The notes beneath the pieces are model-generated. The model was not told the DNA's origin and searched no databases. It was given only the letters and a program-made list of their open reading frames with translations. A stretch of 64,000 bases of DNA. Source: a virus. Below are positions 1 through 10,051 of the stretch, one piece after another (the stretch's first letter is position 1; each line of letters starts with the position of its first letter). Position numbers and translations under genes: made by a program. The DNA is taken from positions 95,171 to 159,170 of the IMG/VR virus record IMGVR_UViG_3300002143_000172. One strand, given 5' to 3'.

Positions 1-95
1 GAGTTTTCCTCGAGATATTTCTTAAGTCGTTCGGAAAAATATGTTTTCCCAGAACCGGGTAATCCCATTACTAATATTCTTTTTGTATGATTCAT
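1..95 (-). CDS. P-loop nucleotide kinase (APS/adenylate-kinase-like), 5' part only
   Basis: Read manually: MNHTKRILVMGLPGSGKTYFSERLKKYLEEN; Walker A GLPGSGKT; runs off the window edge. Confidence 0.75.
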   Translation of the reverse strand, partial: MNHTKRILVMGLPGSGKTYFSERLKKYLEEN

Positions 96-502
96 TTTTC
101 TTCTTTCGTAGGTAGTTGGCAAAGTGCTTCTAACACTTTATAATGCTCGTAGGCTTTCTTTAATGCTTCAAAGTGTTCTAACTTTTCAGGATCGGGTACA
201 AGTATAGCAAGACGCTTTTGTATATCTTCTAATGCCTTGGCAATGCTAACACCTTTAATCTTAACATCGCCGTCAAATTCTGCATCGCCACTAACTGTTA
301 AACTTGATTGTATACCGGTAGTGGGATAAATGTAGGGACTCGTGGTTCCCCAAGTATTACTAGAAATAGTAATATTTCCGTATTGTGGCGTCGTAAGGCA
401 GTTACCAGTAGTAGTATACATTGACGAGATGTCTAAAGTAACTGTGTCGTCTGGTGGAAACAGTGGAAATTCTAAATCAAGAGTATTTTTGCTATCATCC
501 AT
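92..502 (-). CDS. Hypothetical phage protein
   Basis: 136-aa ORF overlapping both neighbours. Confidence 0.6.
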   Translation of the reverse strand: MDDSKNTLDLEFPLFPPDDTVTLDISSMYTTTGNCLTTPQYGNITISSNTWGTTSPYIYPTTGIQSSLTVSGDAEFDGDVKIKGVSIAKALEDIQKRLAILVPDPEKLEHFEALKKAYEHYKVLEALCQLPTKEEK

Positions 503-719
503 TTAAGTGTGCCCGTAGTTCAGTAAACCCACCAATTAATGTTCCATCTAAGAAAATCTGTGGGACTGTTCTTGCTGTAGGGATAGCCTCTAACAATTCT
601 TCTTTTGTATAGCCATCGCCTATTTTCTTTTCTTCAAATTCAATCCCCTTCTGTGTTAACAGGGCCTTTGCCTGATCACAATAGGGACAATGATACTTGG
701 ACCATATTATTGCTTTCAT
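495..719 (-). CDS. grx: Glutaredoxin
   Basis: CPYC active site, TVPQIF and IGGF motifs; next to nrdAB. Confidence 0.95.
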   Translation of the reverse strand: MKAIIWSKYHCPYCDQAKALLTQKGIEFEEKKIGDGYTKEELLEAIPTARTVPQIFLDGTLIGGFTELRAHLNG

Positions 720-720
720 T

Positions 721-894
721 TTAGCCTTCCTTTGCTTCTACTAGATAAACATCGCTCATTAAAACTTGTACAGAATGTTCGATGCTTTTAATTATTTGTT
801 CGCTAACAACTTTGGTTGTAGTCTTACCGGCATCTTCATCTCGTACTAGTGTACTGATTGTAATGACTACTTGTTCTTCTATAATTTGTGCCAT
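721..894 (-). CDS. Small hypothetical protein (57 aa, MAQIIEEQVVITISTLVR...)
   Basis: Read manually; exactly fills the gap between neighbours. Confidence 0.6.
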   Translation of the reverse strand: MAQIIEEQVVITISTLVRDEDAGKTTTKVVSEQIIKSIEHSVQVLMSDVYLVEAKEG

Positions 895-1908
895 TTAAGC
901 CTCCGATATTTTATATAATTTCTTTGCATTTTTAAATGCAATCTTTTCAGCTACTTCGATTGGTAATTGACCTAGAATATCTCTCCAATGATCGATGATT
1001 TTAGGATATACACTCCATGCATGTTCTTTGTGACAATCAGTAGCAAACATAAAATTATTAGAATATTTTAATAATACATCGTGCCACAACCGTTGAATTT
1101 TACCACTTGGATCTAACATACTACTACTAAGTTTATTTAATTTTTCATAACTAGCAAAGGTGTATCTTCCGAGATCGTATCCCTTAAAAGAACGCCATTT
1201 ATACTTGAAATAAAACATTTCTCGCTTGCTTAATGTAAAATAAACATGTGATTGATGCAATCTTAATATTTCGTGTGCATGAACAGCACTATTATACCCT
1301 GCATGTGGAATTATAAAATCAATATCTGGATAGCGGGTAAAAAGTTCGTTAAAGTTGGGCCAATCTCTCTCCCAATTATACATTTCCCAATGAAGCATTA
1401 CTGGAATATTTTTCCCTTTAAGTTTATCCATTAATTTTAAAAAATTAGGAGATAAGGGATTAATGTATCGTTCACCTGCTAAGTTCACTTCATTGGTGAC
1501 ACTATAATCACTTTGCGGATTATACTTGTCACCATGAGTGCATTGTATCTCTCCGACAAATCTTGCACCACGCTTTATATCTTTTGAAATTGCTTTGATA
1601 AAACTTGGAGTAATATCATTTTGATGATCAAACCCTTTAACTGCTCCAAATATGATAGTATCTTTTAATGTTTGACTAATATTAAAAACATGTTCGTCAC
1701 TATTATTATCAATGCCGTTAGCTCTACCAAATAATGCAAGATGGCTAACACCCGAAGATCCTAAAACTTTACTAAGATGTTCGCTGTCTATTTTTAAATT
1801 AATCTGCCCCATTGCATCGATTAATGGGCCAGTGTACTTGTTATAACTTTTAAAACGATTAAGTTTTAATCGTAACAACAATAGACTTTCTTTTATAATT
1901 CTAATCAT
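895..1908 (-). CDS. Amidohydrolase-superfamily TIM-barrel protein
   Basis: LHWE, IIPHAG, FMFATDCH and terminal KIAFKNAKKLY motifs; start moved to ATG 1908 to avoid overlapping nrdB. Confidence 0.65.
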   Translation of the reverse strand: MIRIIKESLLLLRLKLNRFKSYNKYTGPLIDAMGQINLKIDSEHLSKVLGSSGVSHLALFGRANGIDNNSDEHVFNISQTLKDTIIFGAVKGFDHQNDITPSFIKAISKDIKRGARFVGEIQCTHGDKYNPQSDYSVTNEVNLAGERYINPLSPNFLKLMDKLKGKNIPVMLHWEMYNWERDWPNFNELFTRYPDIDFIIPHAGYNSAVHAHEILRLHQSHVYFTLSKREMFYFKYKWRSFKGYDLGRYTFASYEKLNKLSSSMLDPSGKIQRLWHDVLLKYSNNFMFATDCHKEHAWSVYPKIIDHWRDILGQLPIEVAEKIAFKNAKKLYKISEA

Positions 1909-1909
1909 T

Positions 1910-3010
1910 TTATAGGTCTGGAAGTTCATCATATTCAACTGCATCGCTCATTACACCAATAACATAATTGGTGCTTTCATTTTCTTGTAGTGCAGTTTGC
2001 TTCTTATTGATATTCACATGTTTGTTAAACCAGGGAATTGGACTTGCTCTTGGATGCTCTTCTTCGTACTTGATCCCAACATCTTTTAATTTAATAAAAG
2101 CTGTATGATCAACAAAGTCTTTTAAAATCGCCGCATTCAATCCAATGACGGGACCAAGTTTAAACAGATAATCTGCCCAGGCTTTCTCTTCTGCAATAAC
2201 TTCCATATACATAGCATATACCTCGTCACGACATTCTTCTGCAATGGGCACAAAATCTGGATCATCCTTGACAACATTGTTGATTAACCAAGCAGTCCAT
2301 TCGCTGTGTAAAATTTCATCTTGTAGGATCAAGCTGATAATGTTACCATTACCGATATAGATCTTATTTTCTACCATGGCTAATGAGGTGGCAAATGATA
2401 CCATGAAGCGGAGTGCTTCCAATGCATAGCTCGCGTGTAATGCCAACCAAATCGCTTTCTTGTGATCGTGTAAAGGAATTTCTTCGCCCAATTCTTTACG
2501 ACAGTTAAGTTGATGTAGATCTTCATAATATTTTCCAACGCTGGCGGCCATGTTAGAAATCTCAGCTGTGTCATGAATTTTGTTAAACTCATCTTTAGGT
2601 ACGCCATAGACATTACGAATAATATGGCTATATGATTTACTATGGATTGAAGTTTCAAAGAAACTCCAAGTAAGTGCTAGTGCTTCTAGTTCCGGAATAC
2701 TACTAACAGGACCGAATACCTGGAATGGAGCGCGGCCTTGTATACTATCAAGGGCGGTTTGGCGCAACAGGTTGCTAGTGAATATGTGTTTAACCGCATC
2801 ACTTGCTTCCTTGTGATCCATTTTATCTTTAGTAAGACTAATTTCTTCCGGTACCCAAAAGAACCCACGAGCCAATTCTTCGTACTTCTGTAGTTTAGGA
2901 TATTTTACTTCCTCGAATCTCTGTACTGTTACTGGTCCTGCTGGATCCAAAAACATTTTACGCTTGAGGTAATTTGTGGGTTTGCTAAAATCGTATTGTT
3001 CTTTGCTCAT
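1910..3010 (-). CDS. nrdB: Ribonucleotide reductase class Ia beta subunit
   Basis: FFWVPEEI, LDSIQ, ETSIHSKSY (radical Tyr), QDEILH iron ligands. Confidence 0.97.
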   Translation of the reverse strand: MSKEQYDFSKPTNYLKRKMFLDPAGPVTVQRFEEVKYPKLQKYEELARGFFWVPEEISLTKDKMDHKEASDAVKHIFTSNLLRQTALDSIQGRAPFQVFGPVSSIPELEALALTWSFFETSIHSKSYSHIIRNVYGVPKDEFNKIHDTAEISNMAASVGKYYEDLHQLNCRKELGEEIPLHDHKKAIWLALHASYALEALRFMVSFATSLAMVENKIYIGNGNIISLILQDEILHSEWTAWLINNVVKDDPDFVPIAEECRDEVYAMYMEVIAEEKAWADYLFKLGPVIGLNAAILKDFVDHTAFIKLKDVGIKYEEEHPRASPIPWFNKHVNINKKQTALQENESTNYVIGVMSDAVEYDELPDL

Positions 3011-3081
3011 TTATATTGTGTCCATTCAATGTCTGCGGTTGGGATCCGGCCCTTCCTAAAATACTTTACCATGTTCATAGT

Positions 3082-5430
3082 TTACAACTTGCAGGCTTCG
3101 CAGGAATCATCATCCTCGTAAATAATCGAGGTGTCAGTTGTAATTATGCTTGTAGCTGGTATGGCCAGTAAAATTTCGTTTGTTCCAGTAACCGAGGTCT
3201 TAGCGCCAACTTTATTAATAAGGCTGTAGTAGATGGATTTGATTCCCCATTTATAGGCTAACATTAAATTCTTAGCAACTAGTGTTCCCGGAACTTTACC
3301 ACCTTCAAAATGTGCTGGATTGTAAAATGTGTTAGTGCTCAAACTTTGATCAACATAGGCTGCTAATACTGCCGCAGTCTTTAGATAGGTGACACAATCT
3401 TTTTGGTCCCACATGAGTTGATAGCGATTTTTTAATCTACGATATTCAGGAACTACTTGCACAAAACTACCTGCTTTTGATTCCTTAACACTAATCATCT
3501 CCATGGGCATCTCAATACCATTTGTACTGTTTAATACTACACTACTTGACTCAACCGGAGCCACAGCCATTAATGTAGCATTACGGATACCATACTTCTT
3601 CATGTTCTCACGCAAGGGCTCCCAATTAATGCTGGGAGTGAAATCAGTTAACTCATTTACACCTGAGTTTCTACGCTCCCAAGGAAATACGCCCTTACCA
3701 TACCAAGTGTGTTCACTGCGAGTACAGGGGCCGCGCTCCTTGGCTAATTCAACACTGATCTCGGTAAGATAATATGCTTGATGTTCCATCCAACGCTTAA
3801 CTTCTGCAAGTGCTTCTGGATCTCCATACTTCATTGACTTGCGAGCATGCCAGTAAGCTAAGTTAGTAATGCCCACGCCTAACGGCTCAAATTCCGTATT
3901 AGCCATTTTACTTTGAATACTAAGGAAGTCTTGGTATTGTAGTAGATTGCTTAGACTTCTTACCAATGTACGGCAGGCCTTACGCATCTCTTGAGGATTA
4001 CGGAATGCACCCCAGTTAATCGAACCTAGCGTACAAAGGGCGATTCGCCCATTTGGATCTTCAATGCGTTGGAACGGTCGTGTGGGCAAGAGAATCTCTT
4101 GACATAGATTGCTTTGATATATAGGGTCAACTTTAGTATCAAACGGGCCTTGGTTGATAACATTATCTATGTTTACTAGATAGATGCGACCGGTGTCCGA
4201 CCTTTCTTTAAGAATGCCATTCTTAAAGATTGCCTCTGCCGATAAGACTTTCTTTTTCTTAGTTTTATCTTGCTCGTACTTTAGGTACAATGTTTCAAAT
4301 TCTTTACTATCTCTGTAATAGGCTTCGTATAGGTCAGGAACTTCATTTGGATCAAATAATGTAATGCTTTCACTATTCTTATAACGGCGCCAAAACATTG
4401 CACTAACAACTACACTATAATCCATTTGACGCACACGAGTCTCGTCAGTACCTTGATTATTTTTCAATACAATAAGGTCTTCAAATTGATAATGCCAAAT
4501 AGGGAAAGTTACAGTACATGACGCATTACGAATACCGCCTTGGCTACATGAGCGCAGGTCGGAGAACCATTTCTTTAGGAATGGGAGCATGCCAGTATGC
4601 TTAATCTCTCCACCGCGGATCGGTGCTCCTAATGGACGCAACCTTCCAATCTCAAGTCCAATGCCTGCCCGCTTGCTGGCATACTTGGCCATCATTTCAC
4701 CTGCGGCAAAAATACTATCTAATGTATCATCACTGCTAATCAACACGCAACTACTAAACTGCTTGGTAGGTGTGCCAAGACCGGCGAGAACAGGAGTTGC
4801 TAGGGTAAAGTGTCCGTCGCTTGCACACTCATAATAATCCTTCACATATTTTAATCTATTTTCTTTAGGTTCAGCATGAAAAGCTGTGCTGGCGGCTATG
4901 GCATATCGTATTTGTGGGGTTTCGTAAATTTGACCAGTGGTGCGATTCTGTACAAGATATTTTTCGCATAGTTGTGCAATAGCGGCAAAGTTATAATTTT
5001 CATCTTTATCATGATCGACGAAAAGATCGATGATATTCCATTCGTCTTCAGTATACCATTCTAGGAGGTCTGTAGTATAGACACCTTCCTTAACATTTTT
5101 CTTAACTATCTCATAAAGTTTTGGAGGAACATATTCTCCATAGACTTCTTTACGCAACATACTCACTCGTTGCCTACCAGCTACATACTGATAGTTGACA
5201 TTATTGATTTCTGGATTTTCGGTTTCGTCAATTAGGTTGACCATAGCCTTGAGCAATAGCTCGTCTATAGTTTCTGTTGTAATTCCATCGTGCAATTCTA
5301 TCTGTGCTTTTAATTCTATCATTGACTGACTAACTCCGTCAATGCCTCTACATGCGTGTGCTACCTGTCTTTGTATCTTCGAAATATCGAGAGGAACACG
5401 CTCCCCATTGCGTTTAACAACTGTTATCAT
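3082..5430 (-). CDS. nrdA: Ribonucleotide reductase class Ia alpha subunit with ATP cone
   Basis: VVKRNG ATP cone, FSSCVL, SNLCQEI, KSIYY, C-terminal CEACKL. Confidence 0.97.
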   Translation of the reverse strand: MITVVKRNGERVPLDISKIQRQVAHACRGIDGVSQSMIELKAQIELHDGITTETIDELLLKAMVNLIDETENPEINNVNYQYVAGRQRVSMLRKEVYGEYVPPKLYEIVKKNVKEGVYTTDLLEWYTEDEWNIIDLFVDHDKDENYNFAAIAQLCEKYLVQNRTTGQIYETPQIRYAIAASTAFHAEPKENRLKYVKDYYECASDGHFTLATPVLAGLGTPTKQFSSCVLISSDDTLDSIFAAGEMMAKYASKRAGIGLEIGRLRPLGAPIRGGEIKHTGMLPFLKKWFSDLRSCSQGGIRNASCTVTFPIWHYQFEDLIVLKNNQGTDETRVRQMDYSVVVSAMFWRRYKNSESITLFDPNEVPDLYEAYYRDSKEFETLYLKYEQDKTKKKKVLSAEAIFKNGILKERSDTGRIYLVNIDNVINQGPFDTKVDPIYQSNLCQEILLPTRPFQRIEDPNGRIALCTLGSINWGAFRNPQEMRKACRTLVRSLSNLLQYQDFLSIQSKMANTEFEPLGVGITNLAYWHARKSMKYGDPEALAEVKRWMEHQAYYLTEISVELAKERGPCTRSEHTWYGKGVFPWERRNSGVNELTDFTPSINWEPLRENMKKYGIRNATLMAVAPVESSSVVLNSTNGIEMPMEMISVKESKAGSFVQVVPEYRRLKNRYQLMWDQKDCVTYLKTAAVLAAYVDQSLSTNTFYNPAHFEGGKVPGTLVAKNLMLAYKWGIKSIYYSLINKVGAKTSVTGTNEILLAIPATSIITTDTSIIYEDDDSCEACKL

Positions 5431-5463
5431 TTTTATTGCCTTCTGGTATTGTGGTGAAGATAT

Positions 5464-5898
5464 TTACCAGCGGGAGCTCAGTTCTACTTGATTTTCGAGG
5501 TAAAATGAATCCGGGACATCATCTGCCGGAACTGGACCGTTATCGTTGTAGTTAATTACCCAAGTGTCATCGACACACACGATATTATAATAACACTTTT
5601 TTGTTGAGTTTACAAGTGTTTTGATTTCTATTTTTGAATTTTTAAACCGATCAGTTAACTTTAATGTCCAACCGATCATTACAGCTTTAGTGAAGTCATC
5701 GAACCTATTTGAAACAATAATTTCCCAAGGTGTGGGCCAACTTTTTTTATTGTATTGATCTATTTTATTATTGAATGGAACAAATGGTGCGTCTCGCCAA
5801 AAGTTGTGCACCTCTTGTAACGGATCACTGCATTGGGTAAGATACCTGCGATGGTCAGCCCATGCCGACAGTCGATCGTCAATTGATTTTTCAAACAT
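5464..5898 (-). CDS. Hypothetical phage protein
   Basis: 144-aa ORF in co-oriented run. Confidence 0.6.
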   Translation of the reverse strand: MFEKSIDDRLSAWADHRRYLTQCSDPLQEVHNFWRDAPFVPFNNKIDQYNKKSWPTPWEIIVSNRFDDFTKAVMIGWTLKLTDRFKNSKIEIKTLVNSTKKCYYNIVCVDDTWVINYNDNGPVPADDVPDSFYLENQVELSSRW

Positions 5899-5901
5899 TA
5901 A

Positions 5902-7554
5902 TTAAACCATTATGGTTATAGTATATTCCATTGTAGTCTCAACTTCATCAAAGTTATAAGCAACCACTGATATGTAATTAAGTGCGTCATTATCCATGTT
6001 AGTTGAGAACGCTAGTAAATTCGAAGTATCGGTTATTACTTCGGAATAGTTGTAATAGTCACTTACTGATGCAAAGTTATCGCTTGAAATATTTACGGTC
6101 AATGTACCTTTCCTGCTCATGTTGTCATTACCTATTTGATATTCAATCAATGCAATCTGGTCATGTCCTGTAAGAGGAATTTTACAAACTTCTTGGTTAT
6201 TAGTTGATGCGGCTAATGTAACATTTTCTGGGATAGTGTTTTCTATCTTTGCATGTTGGCTTGCTATAGGATTATAGTAAAAGCCCGGATCGGAATTAAC
6301 CGAAACTTCTTTTCTATTAAATCGATCGTTTATTGATGTATTACCCATTGAATCAAATTTAAAAATTGGATTCTTTTGTTGCGTGATATTTTTATCAGCA
6401 ATGGTTCCTAAATTACCCACAGTTCTATAGATATTCTCTCTGCTTATCAAATTAGTTGCAGAATCATTTTGGGTAGTTTCAATTGCATACTCTCGGATGT
6501 CTTGAAATCTATTTTTAGTGACTAAAGTATGTTGTGCAATTCTGCCTGTTGGATCTGCATTTGCAGATGATACGCGAATTCCAGTTTTTAGATAGCCAAA
6601 GGTGCTGTTGGAAATTTTTGTGCCGCTAATACGACCAATTAAATTAACTCCTCGCTCTATATTTTTAAAAACACAATTTTGTACCAGAGTGCTGTAAGCA
6701 ACTGCTCCGGTTAAGTCCGATCCGAGATTTCCTCTAACAGTAATAGCAGTACCGGTGCTTACATAAGTAGAGGTCGATATATTAGCGTCTTTAGTTGTAA
6801 ATTCTATATTATTGATTGTAGGTTTCTCACAGTTATCTATTGTGATTAGGCTTGCTGTATTAACATTATCTTTTTTATAAGCAAGAGTCATATCTTCCAA
6901 TGTTACATATTTTGAAGAAAACTCACCGGTCTGCATTGTAACTGAGAAATTATTTCCTAACCCATCCACGGTCCTAAATAAATTTGTAGCATTGTTAGTC
7001 AATGTAATTGATGTAATACCCGGACCTTCTCCACGCAAGTGGGCATATGGAGGTAAATCAACTACAGAAGAAACTCTAAAGTCTCCCGCAGGGATTTCTA
7101 AAACTCGAACGGTTCCAGTTCCATAAAATTCGTTGGAATAGATATCCTGTATAGCCCTAGTTAACGCATCCGTGATGTCAGTCCCGTCAATAAGAGCCTC
7201 TTGAGTAAAATCATGTAGGTTTACTGTAGCGTCTAGTTTTTTAGCAATCGTAGTTGTAGTACTTCTAAACTGACTAAATGGTAGATCATCGCGATATCTA
7301 TATGTACTTGTACTAGCGGCAGAGCCTGTTAGACTGTGGCTTCCTTCTATCAGGTTAAAGAAATTTTGAAGGTCCTTATCGGTTAGGACCCTAGCATTAT
7401 CATCGCTATTCGCTCCTTCAGATACCCGCTTACCAATATATAGATTTTGTGTATCTTCTGCCCAACCAAATTCGCCGGGCTCTAGTTGAGGAACGCCGGT
7501 TTCGTGCTCTTGTCCTCTACGGACCTGTATTCTCGCGATTTCTATTACAGCCAT
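5902..7554 (-). CDS. Virion or tail protein with pectate-lyase-like beta-helix
   Basis: N-terminal IQVRRG..PQLEPGEFGW fibre module; D.T.AL..AI...IPAG.F...LRGEG beta-helix cap; late promoter upstream. Confidence 0.65.
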   Translation of the reverse strand: MAVIEIARIQVRRGQEHETGVPQLEPGEFGWAEDTQNLYIGKRVSEGANSDDNARVLTDKDLQNFFNLIEGSHSLTGSAASTSTYRYRDDLPFSQFRSTTTTIAKKLDATVNLHDFTQEALIDGTDITDALTRAIQDIYSNEFYGTGTVRVLEIPAGDFRVSSVVDLPPYAHLRGEGPGITSITLTNNATNLFRTVDGLGNNFSVTMQTGEFSSKYVTLEDMTLAYKKDNVNTASLITIDNCEKPTINNIEFTTKDANISTSTYVSTGTAITVRGNLGSDLTGAVAYSTLVQNCVFKNIERGVNLIGRISGTKISNSTFGYLKTGIRVSSANADPTGRIAQHTLVTKNRFQDIREYAIETTQNDSATNLISRENIYRTVGNLGTIADKNITQQKNPIFKFDSMGNTSINDRFNRKEVSVNSDPGFYYNPIASQHAKIENTIPENVTLAASTNNQEVCKIPLTGHDQIALIEYQIGNDNMSRKGTLTVNISSDNFASVSDYYNYSEVITDTSNLLAFSTNMDNDALNYISVVAYNFDEVETTMEYTITIMV

Positions 7555-7587
7555 AAAAATATCCCTGTTATAGGGATATTTATCTTA

Positions 7588-8313
7588 TTAGTTCGTGAGT
7601 TTTTGTTTGAGTCCGCGCATACCAGTGGTGTAGTATTCGTTTACTTTGTCTAACCACTGACTTTGCCAGTGTTCAAACTCGTCGGGCCAAAGATCAAATT
7701 GCTGGTACTGTAAATCTCTGCTACACATGAACACATGACCTTCTTTTATGTTGGTACCGTAGACTTCATTGTGTGCTAAGATATATGCTATAAGTTGTAT
7801 TTTGTAATCACCAACCCATTCTTCTTTTTTAGGTTTGTTGGTTTGTTTATAATCGCATACGCTAGGATTGCCTTTATAAACACCCACTAAGTCAGTTGTG
7901 CCGCTGTATAGACCTGGAAAGTACAAACTTTGTTCCATTGCCCAAATTTCGGACATGTCAACAAGGCCTTTTTCAATAATAACATCGGCCATTTTGTTGG
8001 CTTGTATATGTACAGGATTGTTTCCAGGTTGACGCTGAACCCCGGCAATAAATCTTTCTAAATTGCCATGCATAGCAGTTCCTACACCAGCAGCCTCATT
8101 GGTGATTTGTTGAGCCTTGTCATGTCCTATCTTATCACGCCATGCGTTTAAGGAAGTCATGTCTTTGGTAGAACTTAGGATAGTGGTCACACTTGGTAGT
8201 GTTTCACCGTCGGGAGTTTGGTAAACTCTTTTACGAGTTACCGGATCATTTATTTGCTTACAGTTTTTATATTGGAATCGTTCAACGAACGGTGGAGGAG
8301 TATAAGTTTGCAT
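7588..8313 (-). CDS. PD-(D/E)XK exonuclease (Cas4/lambda-exo-like)
   Basis: LPSVTTIL, GTAMH, YSGTTDL, DYKQT, QLIAY motifs. Confidence 0.85.
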   Translation of the reverse strand: MQTYTPPPFVERFQYKNCKQINDPVTRKRVYQTPDGETLPSVTTILSSTKDMTSLNAWRDKIGHDKAQQITNEAAGVGTAMHGNLERFIAGVQRQPGNNPVHIQANKMADVIIEKGLVDMSEIWAMEQSLYFPGLYSGTTDLVGVYKGNPSVCDYKQTNKPKKEEWVGDYKIQLIAYILAHNEVYGTNIKEGHVFMCSRDLQYQQFDLWPDEFEHWQSQWLDKVNEYYTTGMRGLKQKLTN

Positions 8314-8320
8314 AGTGTTA

Positions 8321-8349
8321 ATTATAACACCTGCAACCTACCGTGTCAA
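8321..8349 (-). promoter_or_regulatory. Sigma70 promoter for the exonuclease; likely leaderless mRNA
   Basis: TTGACA-17-TATAAT with ATG 7 nt downstream. Confidence 0.8.
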
Positions 8350-8696
8350 ATATCTGGACTTAACTTCTTAGAGTTAGCCGAAGCCATTTTGTCAACGCTG
8401 GGTCCTGTTGCTTTTTTAGGAGCAGTTCCCTGTTCTTGATTAGCACCTTGTACTTTGGTGTTTAAGGTAACGGTACCATCATCGGAAATATCTTGGATAA
8501 CATCACCACTTGGATCAACAGCATTTTTGAGTGCGATCAACCCATCTGGAGTGCTAATACCCAATCCAAACGGTTTTAAAATATTCATTACAACGGGAAA
8601 GGGCAGTTCACTTGTCTGCCCTTCTTTGTCTGCCAGGCCCTGCATTACTGCTAATACATCCCTGACAGACCCTTGGTCTACTTCAAATAATCTCAT
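8346..8696 (-). CDS. Hypothetical virion-region protein
   Basis: 116 aa, MRLFEV N-terminus, coupled to upstream gene. Confidence 0.6.
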   Translation of the reverse strand: MRLFEVDQGSVRDVLAVMQGLADKEGQTSELPFPVVMNILKPFGLGISTPDGLIALKNAVDPSGDVIQDISDDGTVTLNTKVQGANQEQGTAPKKATGPSVDKMASANSKKLSPDI

Positions 8697-10018
8697 TACC
8701 TTGCTAACTTAGACATAATGTTGTGAGCTTCGGATAACTTACGAGCACGGCGTTGTTCTTTGCTTTCACGCATTGCACGACCTGTTACTTCAGCGCCGCC
8801 TGCGGCAGCATCTGCACCTGCAAACTCGTCCCCTGCCAGTGAATTCATCATGTCTGGGCCAGCGGCATCCATACCTGGCTCTGCTCCCATTGGCATCTCT
8901 GGTGCTGCCTCGCCTGCTAGTACTGCAACCGCATTGCTGATAGCTTCGCGCTGTTGTGTCAGTACTTCTAGTGTAGCACTTAAAGCTGGTCCGACTGACT
9001 GTTTGAATGTTTCAGATTCTTGAGCACCGAAATCTGCTTTGATAGCATCGGCTAGTTCAATCATGGTCTTTGTTTGATACTGACCAACTCGTTGCATCCA
9101 ACTTGTGAAGTCATTGACCATATCGCCTGCGGCTGTAATTGCCTTGGCCTTGCCCTCTTCATCTTCCTGCAATAAGAACTGTAAACTTTCATTTACGAAT
9201 CTTACATTGTGTTTGAATTGGCTTTCTTTAACTTTCTTCTTATCCTTAACGGCTTTCTTCATTGGTTCTTTCTTATTGCCATCTTTGTCCATGTTAAGGA
9301 AGTCTGGTTTAGCTTTCTTGCTTTCCCACATGCCTGCACACTCTTTACAACCTTTGGTCATTTTTGTATGACCTTCGGAGCAAGACTTGCCTTCATCTAG
9401 ATCTTTTTCTTTATCAGCATTTTTATCTGCTTTCTGACTCTGCCACCCTTGTACTTTGCGTACATTAACATCAACATCGCCGCCGCCTTGTTTCTTCATC
9501 TTAACTGTGCGTGAAGTTTCTTTTGATGGTTTACGATCGGTGTCGTCTTCTTTAACTTTAGCAAATGGGTTAACACCCTTCTTAGGACCTGCTTTCTTGT
9601 CAGCGACAGCTTTTTTCATTGGCTCTTTTTTGTCGCCGTCTTTGTCCATGTTAAGGAAGTCTGGTTTTGCACCCTTGGCACTAATCTTTGTTTTTGGGGG
9701 GCGTGTGCCCTTTTTAGCTTCGTTTAGCGCATCCATTTTGTCGCGCAATTTTTGCATTTGTTCGCCTAGCATCTCTTTAATCCTTATGTTGAGCAATTCT
9801 AACATTGCTTTATCTTTTTGGTATGACTCATTCTTTAACAAATCATTGTAACCCGATTTACCTTCGTGGTGGAAAACACGGGTGCGTAATTTGTTACGCA
9901 TATCTTCCAATTGCTCACGGTTATATTTTTCAAAGTTAATTGTAGTACCAAACTGTTTGGTAATATTTTCTTTCAACTTTGAACTTGAAATTTTACTTGC
10001 GAAATCTGTGGGCTTCAT
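8696..10018 (-). CDS. Charged, low-complexity head core/scaffold-like protein
   Basis: Lys/Glu-rich, many L/V-x-E motifs, duplicated KPDFLNMDKDG(D/N)KKEPMKKAV, late promoter at 10049-10054. Confidence 0.5.
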   Translation of the reverse strand: MKPTDFASKISSSKLKENITKQFGTTINFEKYNREQLEDMRNKLRTRVFHHEGKSGYNDLLKNESYQKDKAMLELLNIRIKEMLGEQMQKLRDKMDALNEAKKGTRPPKTKISAKGAKPDFLNMDKDGDKKEPMKKAVADKKAGPKKGVNPFAKVKEDDTDRKPSKETSRTVKMKKQGGGDVDVNVRKVQGWQSQKADKNADKEKDLDEGKSCSEGHTKMTKGCKECAGMWESKKAKPDFLNMDKDGNKKEPMKKAVKDKKKVKESQFKHNVRFVNESLQFLLQEDEEGKAKAITAAGDMVNDFTSWMQRVGQYQTKTMIELADAIKADFGAQESETFKQSVGPALSATLEVLTQQREAISNAVAVLAGEAAPEMPMGAEPGMDAAGPDMMNSLAGDEFAGADAAAGGAEVTGRAMRESKEQRRARKLSEAHNIMSKLAR

Positions 10019-10051
10019 ATGGTGAGTTCCAAAAAGTTATATTAAACTTAT

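Noticed and set aside
7588-8313. Cas4 as evidence of a CRISPR system
   Set aside because: Lacks the four-Cys Fe-S motif of Cas4; stand-alone phage exonuclease context
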